Assembly: GCF_006345805.1 (NCBI RefSeq) | Contig: NC_043004.1 | Coordinates: 67,270,001-67,334,000, forward strand | Length of the DNA stretch: 64,000 bases | Direction: 5' to 3' | Origin: Octopus sinensis | Lineage: Eukaryota | Part shown: positions 13,951 to 27,690 of the stretch, in pieces | Layout: each line of letters opens with the position of its first letter | How positions within the stretch are numbered: position 1 is the stretch's first letter | Program-made: the position numbers and the translations under genes | Notes under the pieces: model-generated | What the model was told of the DNA's origin: nothing | Databases searched by the model: none | Seen by the model: the letters and a program-made list of their open reading frames with translations, nothing else

Positions 13951-15315
13951 ATAAGCTATATTAGAAAACACTCGCACAAGGTACCACGCAGTGGGACTGA
14001 ACTTGAGACCATGTGGTTGTGAAGGAAGCTTCTTACCACACAGCCACTCCTGAGCCTATATAGATGTTTATATGTTTATGTATGTGTGCGTGTGTGCGTG
14101 TAGGTGTAACTTCACGACAGTTAGCCAGTGTTTCGAAGGGTTGTAGTCTTGATCATTATATCGTGTATTTGATTATTGGTCAGCGATCCCATTACGTGTC
14201 TGGTATGTCACCCTTTTGTTGGTACTCTATTCTTGTCATCTACGAATGTGTACTAGAAAGATTCCCCGCTAATTTTCCTCTTTCCCCCGTTGCATTTTCT
14301 ATGCAAATTTGGCTAAACAAGATCGGGCTTCTTACGACTACTTAGGCTTCTAGAACAGCTAACGGGTATAAGTACAATCTACGAGGCCATACCCGCAGGC
14401 ATGTGGCGGCAAAGCTGATGCAGTCATACGTAAGGAGACACACACACAAAAGCTAACACACATCTATGTATGTATCTCGCGTTCTCTCTCACTGTCTCTT
14501 TCTCTCTCTTTCTGTCTCATTCTCTCTCTCTCTCGCTGTGTGTGCATGTGTGTGCATGCGCGCGCGTTCGTTGCTGGTTGGCTACCTGGTCCAGCTCAAT
14601 TTATTATCATTGGCTCACAATACCTCTGGGCTTGATAGAATGACATCGGTTCACATCGGGTGTTCTTTGTCGTCCATAAGTAAATCATGTTTCTCAAAGA
14701 TTGATTTATTTCCAGACGCATTATGTACTTGTAAATGCCGGGTACATTTGTGACTTTATTTAGAGTGTATTTACAACCGAAAATATTGTAATAACTTCAC
14801 TCAATTCTATTATCCTTTTGGCTTATTTTGTCTATTCCTGACGTTCCAGAAATACTCTAAAAATAATGTAACTGTGTGTAAAGAGGAAGAAATACCTGTA
14901 TAGAATGTTGTGTTATGTTATTATGTATCTGCGTATGCTCGAAGAGGAAATCAGTGGGCATTTGTGCAATCGTGTGCGGACGATAGCTTGTGCTCGCGTT
15001 GTTTGGTTATGCGTGATCGTGCATGAATATATGTGCGAATATATGTGTCTGTGTGTGTATGTGTGTGAGAGAGAGGGAGGGGAGAGAGACGGTGAGAGAG
15101 AAAGAGAGAGTATGTGTGTTGATGTAATTCGTGACTGACGTTAACAATACAGAATCTATTTCGTACCCAGTTTCTAGATGCCAGCTATATTCATTGCAGA
15201 AACCAACAGCTCTTACTCATATAGGTATATCATGTGTGTGTACGTATATATACATCTTTATATATATATGATATATATATATATATATATATACACGCAT
15301 ACACATTCACGTATG

Positions 15316-15358
<43 letters not shown>

Positions 15359-16735
15359 CTATATTAGAAAACACTCGCACAAGGTACCACGCGGTGGGAC
15401 TGAACTTGAGACCATGTGGTTGTGAAGGAAGCTTCTTACCACACAGCCACTCCTGAGCCTATATAGATGTTTATATGTTTATGTATGTGTGCGTGTGTGC
15501 GTGTAGGTGTAACTTCACGACAGTTAAGCCAGTGTTTCGAAGGGTTGTAGTCTTGATCATTATATCGTGTATTTGATTATTGGTCAGCGATCCCATTACG
15601 TGTCTGAGTATGTCACCCTTTTGTTGGTACTCCATTCTTGTCATCTACGAATGTGTACTAGAAAGATTCCCCGCTAATTTTCCTCTTTCCCCCGTTGCAT
15701 TTTCTATGCAAATTTGGCTAAACAAGATTGGGCTTCTTACGACTACTTAGGCTTCTAGAACAGCTAACGGGTATAAGTACAATCTACGAGGCCATACTCG
15801 CAGGCATGTGGCGGCAAAGCTGATGCAGTCATACGTAAGGAGACACACACACAAAAGCTAACACACATCTATGTATGTATCTCGCGTTCTCTCTCACTGT
15901 CTCTTTCTCTCTCTTTCTGTCTCATTCTCTCTCTCTCTCGCTGTGTGTGCATGTGTGTGCATGCACGCGCGTTCGTTCGTTGCTGGTTGGCTACCTGGTC
16001 CAGCTCAATTTATTATCATTGGCTCACAATACCTCTGGGCTTGATAGAATGACATCGGTTCACATCGGGTGTTCTTTGTCGTCCATAAGTAAATCATGTT
16101 TCTCAAAGATTGATTTATTTCCAGACGCATTATGTACTTGTAAATGCCGGGTACATTTGTGACTTTATTTAGAGTGTATTTACAACCGAAAATATTGTAA
16201 TAACTTCACTCAATTCTATTATCCTTTTGGCTTATTTTGTCTATTCCTGACGTTCCAGAAATACTCTAAAAATAATGTAACTGTGTGTAAAGAGGAAGAA
16301 ATACCTGTATAGAATGTTGTGTTATGTTATTATGTATCTGCGTATGCTCGAAGAGGAAATCAGTGGGCATTTGTGCAATCGTGTGCGGACGATAGCTTGT
16401 GCTCGCGTTGTTTGGTTATGCGTGATCGTGCATGAATATATGTGCGAATATATGTGTCTGTGTGTGTATGTGTGTGAGAGAGAGGGAGGGGAGAGAGACG
16501 GTGAGAGAGAAAGAGAGAGTATGTGTGTTGATGTAATTCGTGACTGACGTTAACAATACAGAATCTATTTCGTACCCAGTTTCTAGATGCCAGCTATATT
16601 CATTGCAGAAACCAACAGCTCTTACTCATATAGGTATATCATGTGTGTGTACGTATATATACATCTTTATATATATATGATATATATATATATATATATA
16701 TACACGCATACACATTCACGTATGTATATATATAT
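13951..16735. repeat. Near-identical tandem duplication, 2 x about 1.4 kb
   Basis: Copies start ATAAGCTATATTAGAAAACAC at 13951 and 15354. ORF pairs 14466/15875 and 14905/16314 are offset by 1409 bp; only scattered SNPs and indels differ. Confidence 0.97.
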
Positions 16736-18074
16736 ATATATACACACGCACATACACATTCACGTATATATATATATATACATACATGCACATGTGTGTT
16801 TATATACATGAATAAGTGTTTCTTTGTGTGTTTATGTGTGAGTATATGTTTGCAATCGTCTGAGTCGTTGTGAGTGTTTGTACGTATAAGAGTGTGTGAG
16901 TGTATCTTTCCAATATGAATATTTTCGCTAACATACCTTGTATATTTAAAATCACCATTTATAATCTGGTTTAAAATAGATTTCCAACTGTAAACCTCTA
17001 AGGCATATGAGCCAAACTAGGATTTACAAAAGTCATATATTCCTGCAATATAAAGATGGCGATTAATCTTATTGTGTGCCCAATATTAATTCGCATGTCT
17101 TTTTCTTTTATATTTTATTAATTCATTACTTTTTTTTACATTTTATATTGATGTCCTTTGGCGATTGGGGATTTTTTAAATACTGTATTAGGTTTCTTTT
17201 TTCCATATTACTGAAATTAAATATTTCTGCAACCATGTTACATATTCAAAAAGTTAAATATTTTACAGTATAATCTTTCAATTTATATTGAAAAATCAAC
17301 AGAAACCTAATCTGCGCTATGCTTGGATGAAAACATACAATCGGTTGTTAGTATTCACTCCGAACAATATGAGATTATTCCGCTTAATTAATTGATACTG
17401 GAATATAGAGTATTTATTGCTAATTTGAAAGTGTTGTATTCGTTTACTCATATACATTCTATTTTAAGCGCATACTGAAAAGTAAACAAATGGATTATAG
17501 CTCAGGTTTGTTTGTCTATGGGAAGAGTTTATGAGAAGGTAATTACAAGTTTTTAATGTCTTCAAACAAAAGGCTATGAATCTTCCGTCTACGGAATGAA
17601 TTGTAGGTTGTGATTTTATATGGCGTGTACAAAATTTGCTTCAAAGTGTTCATATTAAAAATAATCTAAAATGGGGAACAAACGAATCAACATTAGAATA
17701 TATTACTTCTAAGATTATCAAATAATTGTTGTCTATTGCATTTTAAGTTTAGTAAGCACTTCACTTTTTCAGTTTGTACACTTTTATACAAATTAAAACT
17801 AGTTATCTGAACAGAAGTTCATTAAAGGAGAACACGTAGCACTCTATGTATATTGTTATTCAGATGCAATTCAGAGGCATTCAGAGGCAGGTATCAAAAA
17901 GTAAGAATATATTTTTATAACTTAATAGTCAGATCTCTTTATAGTGAACCACATTTTACTGAGCTCCGCTGTCCCACATTAGTAATTATCTTTTATTCCG
18001 TTTGCAAGCTATAAATATGACCTAATCTTTATTTTTTCTTCTACGCTAGGCATAAGGTCCGAAATTTTGCGGAA

Positions 18075-18201
18075 CTTATACTTAATTTATCGACCCAGAA
18101 AGGCAAAGTCGACCTTGGTGGAATTTGAACTCAAAATGTAAAAACAGATGATATTCCGCTAAGCATTTCGCCCGGTATGCTAACGTTTTTCCAGCTCGCC
18201 G
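18075..18201 (-). mobile_element. SINE family B, partial
   Basis: Minus strand GGCGAGCTGG...GAGTTCAAATTCCACCAAGGTCGACTTTGCCTTTC, homologous to 48712-48940. Confidence 0.85.
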
Positions 18202-18833
18202 ACTTACTGATCTCACAGAGATGCACACACGCGCAAATATTTCCCGGATAAATATTACCGGAATATATGACCACGGAACAGACTTTATATATTTAAAATC
18301 ACCAACTAGGAAAATATATGTTCTTCATATTTTCATTTCCCTATGAGCATTTAATTCATTGAAGAGCTGAAGTGAAGTTTCATACGTAGTTTAATGGATA
18401 ACTTCCTTCAAGTGTTTATGTTCTATAATATTCTAATTTTTGTTAACTCCGTTCATATCTACTCGCTTGCAATCAGTTCTCCATCTCAGTCCCATTTTCT
18501 GCTGCTATATAGGGTGGTCTTATTCGTACCTTATGTAAATATAGCTATTCATTTAAGAATAAAAGAGTTCACAGTTAAAACCATTTTTGCTCCTTTTTGT
18601 ACATTAAACACTTTATTGAAGATATTAAGCACTGTTGATGAAATACATATATTTGTGTATCTTCCCACATAACTAACGATTTTTATGTATTTGTGTGCGT
18701 TTGTGTGTATAATCTTATACACACATACGTACGTGTATTGTCGATATATTTTTGTGTCCATAAAAAAATAGATATTCGGTATACTTCTTAGGTATTTGAT
18801 TTTAGTTTACAACACAAATGTATATTCATACAC

Positions 18834-18908
<75 letters not shown>

Positions 18909-19078
18909 AACACACAAACGCGCGAATATACACACGTATACACACACACAGACATATATATGTATATATATACATACATATACATATGTAGTCAATAAAA
19001 AAATAACTGTCAAACAGTACTGCATCTCGTTGATGTTATCCTATTCAATTATATATTTTACAAATTTTATTTAAATTG

Positions 19079-19145
19079 TGGCGGTGCCCCAGCATCGCCA
19101 CAGCTCATGAGCTGAAACTAGAATCAATCAATCAATCGAATCAAT
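19079..19145 (+). mobile_element. Isolated LINE 3' tip with (AATC)n tail
   Basis: GGCGGTGCCCCAGCATCGCCACAGCTCATGAGCTGAAACTAG + AATCAATCAATC matches 30633-30680. Confidence 0.85.
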
Positions 19146-19146
19146 C

Positions 19147-20220
19147 ATATACAATTTAACAAATAAAACATATGCATACATACATACATATATGTACATA
19201 CCTACATCTATATGTATATATACATGCATATATATATATATGTGTGTGTGTGTTGTGTGTGTGTACAGGACACCACAAATAAACGTAGAACACAACGAGA
19301 AACGAAAACATAAAAACAAACAAGGAAACGGCCTTTTTTTAACAACGGAAAAACAGAGTAAAAGACAAATAATACAAGGAATATTCCCCTTCACCAGCTG
19401 CCCCTGGTTCGACTCAATGCGTGTTTCGAATGTAAGGGCAGAACACGATCCGGCCGATGTAATCCTTCCTGCAAAATGAATTAAATAAAATTCTTTTGCA
19501 GAGGGGTAAAAAAAGAAAAAAGTTACAAGAACAGGACGTAAAAGCATATTTGTTAAATTGCTATTATATGACTGAGCGCCTCGCGTCGTTTCTTATCCTC
19601 CAAGTAAGTTTTTATTAATAATTATGACGCGCACTCTTTAACCCTTTACTTGACCTTTCCTCCCTGCCTGTCTGTCTTCATCTCTACCTGTCTCTCTCCT
19701 TCTTATTTTTCACCCCTTCTGGTTTCTTTGCCCCTCTCTCACTCTCTCTCTCTCTCACTCCTCCTCTCTCTGGCCGCAGTCATGACTACTAACTTTCTTT
19801 CACTCGCAGATTTCAACAAGTCAACACTGATTTCTTCTGTCTCTAGCAAGTCGATTTTCTGAATTGCGCTCCAACGAATTTTTCCACCGTCTAGGCTTAA
19901 AAAAGCCCTTAATGTTGGTTTCCTTGTCCTGTTTTTATTCTTTATGTGTACTGTATTTTTATTTGTGTTGCGTTCTTGTCACATTTTTCTTTTTTACCCC
20001 TCTGCAAAAGAATTTTATTTAATTCATTTTGCAGGAAGGATTGCTTCGGCCGGATCGTGTTCTGCCCTTACCTTCCAAACACGCATTGATTGGAACCAGG
20101 AGCAGCTGATGAAGGGGAATATTCCTTGTATTGTTTGTCTTGTACTCTGTTTTTTCGTTGTTTTGTTTTTATGTTTTCGTTTCACGCTGTGGACTACGTT
20201 TATTTGTGGTGTCCTGTACA

Positions 20221-20308
<88 letters not shown>

Positions 20309-20425
20309 ATATACATATAGATGTAGGTATGTACATATATGTCTGTATGCATATGTTTTATTTGTTAAATTGTAATTATATGACTGAGCGCCTCGCGTCG
20401 TTTCGTATCCTCCAAGTAAGTCTTT
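19147..20425. mobile_element. Two oppositely oriented copies of an unclassified repeat (probably Penelope-derived)
   Basis: 19147-19530 is the reverse complement of about 19970-20375. The terminal segment ATGACTGAGCGCCTCGCGTCGTTTC..TCCAAGTAAG occurs on plus at both about 19568 and 20380. Confidence 0.75.
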
Positions 20426-21403
20426 ATTATATATATATATATGCATATATGTCGTTATGTATGCATGATATAATATCATATATGTATATATGCAATTATG
20501 TGTGTATGAACCCGGAAGTGTATATGCACGTGATGTATGTTTATTTATGAAGAGTAACTTTTATTCAGCCTAAATAATGAATTAATTTTCTATGAGAATG
20601 GATAGTTTAAGAAAGCGGAACATAAATATAGTGGCGATGAATATCGAGATAATATTTCGTAGATATCTCTACAATGAAATCAAAAGCTATTAAGAAGCAA
20701 TACAAACTTGTATATACGTTCAATAGCGAAAGCAAACATCCATGCCTATTCGTATCAGTAAATATATATTATATATTTATTATATATGTTATTTATGTGT
20801 TTGTGTAAGTGTGTGTTTGTGTATATACACATGAATATATATTCACGTAAACACATTTATACGCATGTAATTATAAATGTATATGTGTAAAAGTAAATAT
20901 ATCTGTATGCACGTGTATGAAGTTTTAAATGTTGGCATTGATAAAAATGAGAAATATTTTCAGTATTTCTTAGTATATTAGAAATTCTAAGCTATTTATC
21001 CCATCACTTAACTCTCTGTCCTCTTCTATGGAAATGGCGTTAATAGAAGTTGATTGACTTTGCTATTACATACATGATATTATAAATGAGGGCAAATATG
21101 ATGCAGTATTTGATATAAGAGAACTTCAGGGAAAATAAAATCCATAGAAATAAGCGATAAGTACAAGTATAAAACATAAGCGAAAATAGCAGGAACAATA
21201 TGGTATAGTTACTGAAACAAGAACAAAAGACAAAACAATATTAATAAAGAAGATATAAATTAAGAATAAGAATAGCATGACCAACAATAATAACATCAGC
21301 AATATAAGCCATTATAAGTATAATAAATACCTGAGAGATATCTACCTACCGAGAGAGAAAAAGTAAATTGTAAATCATGAAAATGTACGACGTTACACAC
21401 ACA

Positions 21404-21437
<34 letters not shown>

Positions 21438-21636
21438 ACAAACACACACACACAAACAAAAACACACACACACATATATATAAATATGTAAGTAAATTAT
21501 TTAGGAATATTGAGAACAACAATAATGTTGAAAATGACGTTAACAACCAACAACATCACAACCACTAACACTGCAACAAAACAACAACAGCAATAGCAGC
21601 AGCAACAATAACAACAACAACAACAACAACAACAAC

Positions 21637-21667
<31 letters not shown>

Positions 21668-22235
21668 TTAATAATGATGATGATGATTATGGTGATAATG
21701 ATGATAATAATAATGATAGCGACAACAACAGCATCCACTCAAAGGAAAATAAATAAAACTGCAAACCCAGTAACATTTCGAACCGGAATCCATTAGTACT
21801 TTTGTTCGATAAAGAAATATTGACTCCACTTAAGCTCTTTGTAGATTTTCTATAGTTCATATATTTGTTTATATATGAATATATATATATATAATATATA
21901 TATATATATTCGTTATTATATTATTATTATTATTATTATTATTATTAGTAGTAGTAGTGTAGTAGTATAGTAGTGTTGTATTAGTAGTAGTAGTAGTAGT
22001 AGTAGTATTTGTAGTAGTAGTAGTAAAATAAATCATTGTTATTATTATAGCTGCTCTTCTTCGAGTGGTGGTGGTGGCGGTGCTGTGGTTGTGGTGGTTT
22101 GATTGTTGATATTGTTGCTGTTGTTCTTGTTATCGAAGTCGTTGCTCTTACTGGCATCATCTTTGTTGCAATTGTTGTTATTATTAGTAGATTTATTAGT
22201 ATTTACGTTATGGGTAATGTTATCATCATCAATAT

Positions 22236-22650
22236 TTATTTCTTTATTACCCACTGGTGGCTAAACCCAGAGGTGAAAAACAAGGATAGACAATGGGATT
22301 AAGTCGATTACATTGTCTCCAGTGATTAACTGGTACTTATTTAATCGACCCCGAAAGGATGAAAGGCAAAGTCTACCTCGGCGGAATTTGAACTAAGAAC
22401 GTAATGGCAGACGAAATACCTATTTCTTTACTAGCCACAGGGGGCTAAATAAAGAAAGGACAAACAAGGAGAGGCAAACGGATTAAGTCGATTATATCGT
22501 CCTCAGTGTGTAACTGGTACTTAATTTATCGACCCCGAAAGGATGAAATCGATTAATTCCTCGGCGGAATTTGAACTCAGAACGTAACGTCAGACGAAAT
22601 ACCGTTAGGCATTTCGCCCGGCGTTCTACCGTTTCTGCCAGCTCGCCGCC
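22236..22650 (-). mobile_element. SINE family B with tandem duplication of its 3' part
   Basis: Full copy 22421-22650 (head GGCGGCGAGCTGGCAGAAACGGTAG, B box GAGTTCAAATTCC) plus a head-less copy at 22236-22420. Confidence 0.9.
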
Positions 22651-22840
22651 TTTTTCATCATCAATATCGTCATAATATCATTATAAGCGTCCTTGTCATT
22701 ACCATTAACAAGATAAACATTCTGCTCATCACCCTTAAAAATAAAGTTAAAAGTCAAGCAGATATAAAGAAAAACGAAATAAATTTGTATTGCTATTACT
22801 ATTGATGTTGGTGTTAGTTTTGGTGTTAGTGGTAGTCGTG

Positions 22841-22871
<31 letters not shown>

Positions 22872-23356
22872 CAGCAGCAGTAGTAGTAGCAGCAGTAGTA
22901 ATGTTACCGCAGGTATTGTCACCGTTACATTGCATTTAAAATGCCTATATTATAGTATTATTTTTTACAATATTAATTATGGTATTTTTTTCTCATCAAA
23001 TATTGTTTGAGAATTTTTATTTTCGTGTACAAGGAAATTGAAATAAGGGTCATTTATATTAACATTTCCTCTTTACTTTTGTACTTGTTGTTCACACAGT
23101 GTTAAGTCGGAATTCATTGCAAAAATATTAATATATATACATCTAATAGAAATATCATATAAACGCATTGAAACACACATATAAAAACTCTAAATACATA
23201 CTTATACACGCAAGAAACAAAAATGGTTTCTGTTGCTGCAAACATTGAAAGTAAGTCATATTGAACAATAAATGTTATAAATATATAGATACAGATATAG
23301 GCATAGAATACTTTCATATCTCTTATCTATCTATCTGCCTGCCTGTATATCTATCC

Positions 23357-23442
<86 letters not shown>

Positions 23443-23604
23443 ATGTCTGTCTGTCTGTCTCTCTATCTATCTACCTATCTATCTTTCTATCTATCTAAAT
23501 ATCTATCAATATATATATATACATATGAAGGTGCATATATATATATATATAGTTAATCCAAACGAGAAAGCACAAAGAAACACAACATTGCGAGGACGTG
23601 AAAC

Positions 23605-23647
<43 letters not shown>

Positions 23648-23681
23648 TACATAAATATGGGCAGACGTATTTTCAGATAAA

Positions 23682-23727
<46 letters not shown>

Positions 23728-24537
23728 GTATATAAATTCATATATAGGTGTATACATCTATATATATATACTATATAGACACACGTATATACGTATAAGT
23801 ATATATATTATGTATACACACAAAAATATACACTCGCACCTGCACACATATATGTGTATGTATATATGTATATATTATATATATGTGTGTGTGCGGGGGG
23901 TGTAGATGTATGTATGTATGTGTATATATATATATATATATACACATTAATATATGCATCAAATATTTCGTAGGTGTGTATTCATACTGAATGTATTTAA
24001 GTCGTGCGAATACAATATCAGTTTGCCCGAGGTGGATGGAAGAAAGAAGTTCGATGTTACTTGAAGATTGTACAATGGTAAATGTTTCCAGGAACATTTA
24101 TTGTCTATTGTTCAAAAATACTTTTACTATTGTGACTATTGGAGATATTATTTATTCAAATGCCTCATTGATTGCTTCTATATAAAGCCATTGTGTTACT
24201 TTTTTTTACAGTTGGATATATACTGCATAGGCAATACTTGCAGCCGCTCACAATATTCGCATGAAGAGAGTAAAGAGAGACATATACCCTGCCGATTTTT
24301 CTTTTATTCCCTTCGTCCTTTCTAACACGTTGCTTCGACATGTGCGTGTGTCTATGAGTGTGTAGGTATGTGTAACGTATGTCCGATGTAAAATAGGAAA
24401 AGTGCAGAATAAGGTTGTCAACATCATACTAGGGTCCAGACGTACTTTTATATTCGAAACAGCTGCACAAAGGCCAAAAAATGTATTATCTTTGTGACTT
24501 CTTATGTATGTGCGTATACGTATATATATATGTATAC

Positions 24538-24630
<93 letters not shown>

Positions 24631-24653
24631 GCATGTATACATATACATATATA

Positions 24654-24719
<66 letters not shown>

Positions 24720-25196
24720 GTATATATATATATATGTATATATATACTTATATATCTACAAATACATACAGATATATATATATATAGAGAGATAGATAGA
24801 TATATATATTTAAATTAAATATATATAGATAGATATAGTTACACGTATATATATGAATACATAGATATATATGTATATATATACTTTTATGACATATACC
24901 ACTGAAAGAAAAACTCATACACAACACGTTAAATGCAAACTGATACACAACACGTTGAATGCAAACGAGAATATATTCCGTTTGTCCCCAGGGTTTTCAT
25001 CAAGGACTGAAGACATTGGTCTTATACAATTGTATAAACAGAAAACTAAATAGAATATAAATGTGTGTATGTGGGTGTGGGAGAAAGTGTGTGTATGTTT
25101 GCATGTATGTATATATACATTCATATATGATATATGTATATATATATATATATGTACATATATATATATATATATATATAATATATATATTATATA

Positions 25197-25235
<39 letters not shown>

Positions 25236-25281
25236 TGTATACATATACATATATAATACATATATATATTTATGTATGACA

Positions 25282-25478
25282 TACAAGCAGTAAATGATAC
25301 ATAGAATTTGACCACGATTTCCACTGTGTATTTATGTCCCCATTTCTTTCCTAAAAACACACCGACTTGTTTCTCCATCCATCTATTTTGGAAACGAGTC
25401 GGTGTGTTTTTAGGAAAGAAATGGGGAAATACACAGTGGAAATTGTGGTCTAATTCTATGCATCATTTACTGCTTGTA
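25282..25478. repeat. Long fold-back hairpin (about 90-bp arms, 17-nt loop)
   Basis: 25282-25373 is the near-perfect reverse complement of 25391-25478. Confidence 0.95.
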
Positions 25479-25844
25479 AGGTTCGTGGTCATATATAAAC
25501 TTTTACTAAGAAGTGTTTAGTGTCCACATGTGAAGTGAGGATATCGTCAGAGGGAGTGAGATCATGTGTTTGAAATCAAATTAATTAAAATCGAATGACG
25601 ATATATATATATATATATATTGAAAGAAAACCTCTTCGTATAGGGAGACAATTTGGGGACTTCTACCTCTTATAAGATAAGTACCCCTTTTCATTTGTTT
25701 AATTTCCCGTAATTCAATATAAGGACCTATTCTCTGTTTACATTCTGTTAATAATCTTTCTTTCTCTGTTTCAGCTCCGTTACATCTCTTTAAAATTATT
25801 CAATTTTAGATGGGCATATATTTATGTGTTGCTTTATATATATT

Positions 25845-25876
<32 letters not shown>

Positions 25877-26003
25877 ATATTTACTCAGTCCCTCAATCTC
25901 CCTAAATATATAGACGCGAAAATTAGAAGTATAGTCACAATTAGTTTAGTTTAGAAGAAAACGTTTGTAGCTACGGACAGGTGTATATTTATAATTTACA
26001 TTC

Positions 26004-26730
26004 TGTTAGTAATCTTTCAATTTCTGTTTCAGCTTCGTAACATCCTCTTTCTTTTCTTTCTCTCTCTTTCTCTTCACTTCTCTCTATCACACCATCTTCC
26101 TTCTCTCAGCCGCTCAATCTTCCTAAATTTATAGATTCTCACTTTCTCCTTGTCTTCTCTCAGCCGCTCAATCTTTTGCATATGTTAGTAATCTTTCAAT
26201 TTCTGTTTCAGCTTCGTAACATCCTCTTTCTTTTCTTTCTCTCTCTTCTCTTCACTTCTCTCTATCACACCATCTTCCTTCTCTCAGCCGCTCAATCTTC
26301 CTAAATTTATAGATTCTCACTTTCTCCTTGTCTTCTCTCAGCCGCTCAATCTTTTGCATCACTTCCTCTCTTTCATCTCTTTCTCTATCACACAATTTTC
26401 TTCTCTCAGCCTCTCAATCTTCCTCAATATATAGACTCTCTCTCTCACTCTCTTCTTATCTTCTCCCAACCGCTCAATCTTTTGCATAACCTTCTCTCCT
26501 TCATTTCTTTCTCTCTCTGTCTCTTCATTTCTCTCCCTCACGCCTCTTTCCTTGTCTCTTCGCTTCTCCACTTCTCTCTGTCACACCATCTTTCCTCTCT
26601 CAGCCTCTCAATTTTTCTAAATATATAGACGCGAACTTTCTTCTCTTACTCTATTTTTATCTTCTCTGGGCTCTCAATCTCTCTAAATACATAGACACTT
26701 TCTTTATTTCTTCTCTACTCTCTATCGCAC
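26004..26730. repeat. Pyrimidine-rich minisatellite with a recent 2 x about 179 bp duplication
   Basis: TGTTAGTAATCTTTCAATTTCTG at 26004 and 26183; sub-unit CTTCTCTCAGCCGCTCAATCTT recurs and decays towards 26730. Confidence 0.85.
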
Positions 26731-26785
26731 TATGAAATTTTAAATATAATTAGATAGATAAATAAAATATCCAAAATATCCAGAA

Positions 26786-27690
26786 TTGGCCTTGTTCCTG
26801 AGAGCCTGGCAATGCGCCGACGGAGATAGTCCGAACAACATAAATAAAGCTGCGCTGAAGAGCAGTGGATATACAAGGACGATAGCGCAGATAGAGCGAA
26901 AGAATCAGGAGTTTATACGCTCCTATGCACTCCTTAGATCTCACATTGGCACGCTTTATGCCATCTTTGACAACGAACACAGTAAAGATGGCAAGGATGG
27001 AGGCACGGGTGCTGATGAAAGATGTCACCCCCACTTGGTAGACACACAGGACAACAACAAAGAAGATTCAAGTGAGAAACCTGCCCGGGAAGTAAACCCA
27101 AGTGTTAGTGTCCCTACCAGCACTAAAAGCCAAAACCATGGAGATGAAAGAGCCAAAAAAGAAGTAAAAGGAGGAAAAACTAAAAGAAAAACAAATGACG
27201 AAACAGCCGAATAAGGAAAAACTAAAACTCAAACAAAACCAAAATATGAAACAGCCAAGAATAGAAGCAAACCTGACTATCCATGTACCAAAAGGGATAG
27301 AATGAGACAGCGCACACGAATGTATAAATTCTACCTGAAAGGTGTCTGCTGACATGGAAAGGAAGGTGCAGGCTGCCGTTTTGCACATCAAAGACCCTGC
27401 CACATAAACATGAAACAGGTCAGAAACCAACTACAAAAATGAAAAGGAATGGACCACGCACCACCTGCCCCAAAACGGAGGTACACAGATGTAGTGCGTG
27501 CTACAAACCACCAACATGTTATTGAAAGGGCAGTTGCTGAACAAGAATCTTTTTTTGTGCATGGCACAAAAGATTGTACAGCAGCTAACCTGGCTCCAAC
27601 AAGCACAAACTCGCAGATAGGACTATCCACAATACACAAAACCGCCACAGCAAATAGACCCAAGGTAGACACCACCGGCAACAGCATACA
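26786..27690 (+). pseudogene. LINE ORF1 remnant with CCCH-type zinc finger
   Basis: 27320-27400 translates MYKFYLKGVC*HGKEGAGCRFAHQRPC, consistent with C-x7-C-x8-C-x3-H with the first Cys mutated and one stop. Confidence 0.6.

Noticed and set aside
20040-20125. Permuted hammerhead (GAAAC before CTGATGA) in the 19-20 kb repeat
   Set aside because: The helices do not fit type II or type III topology.
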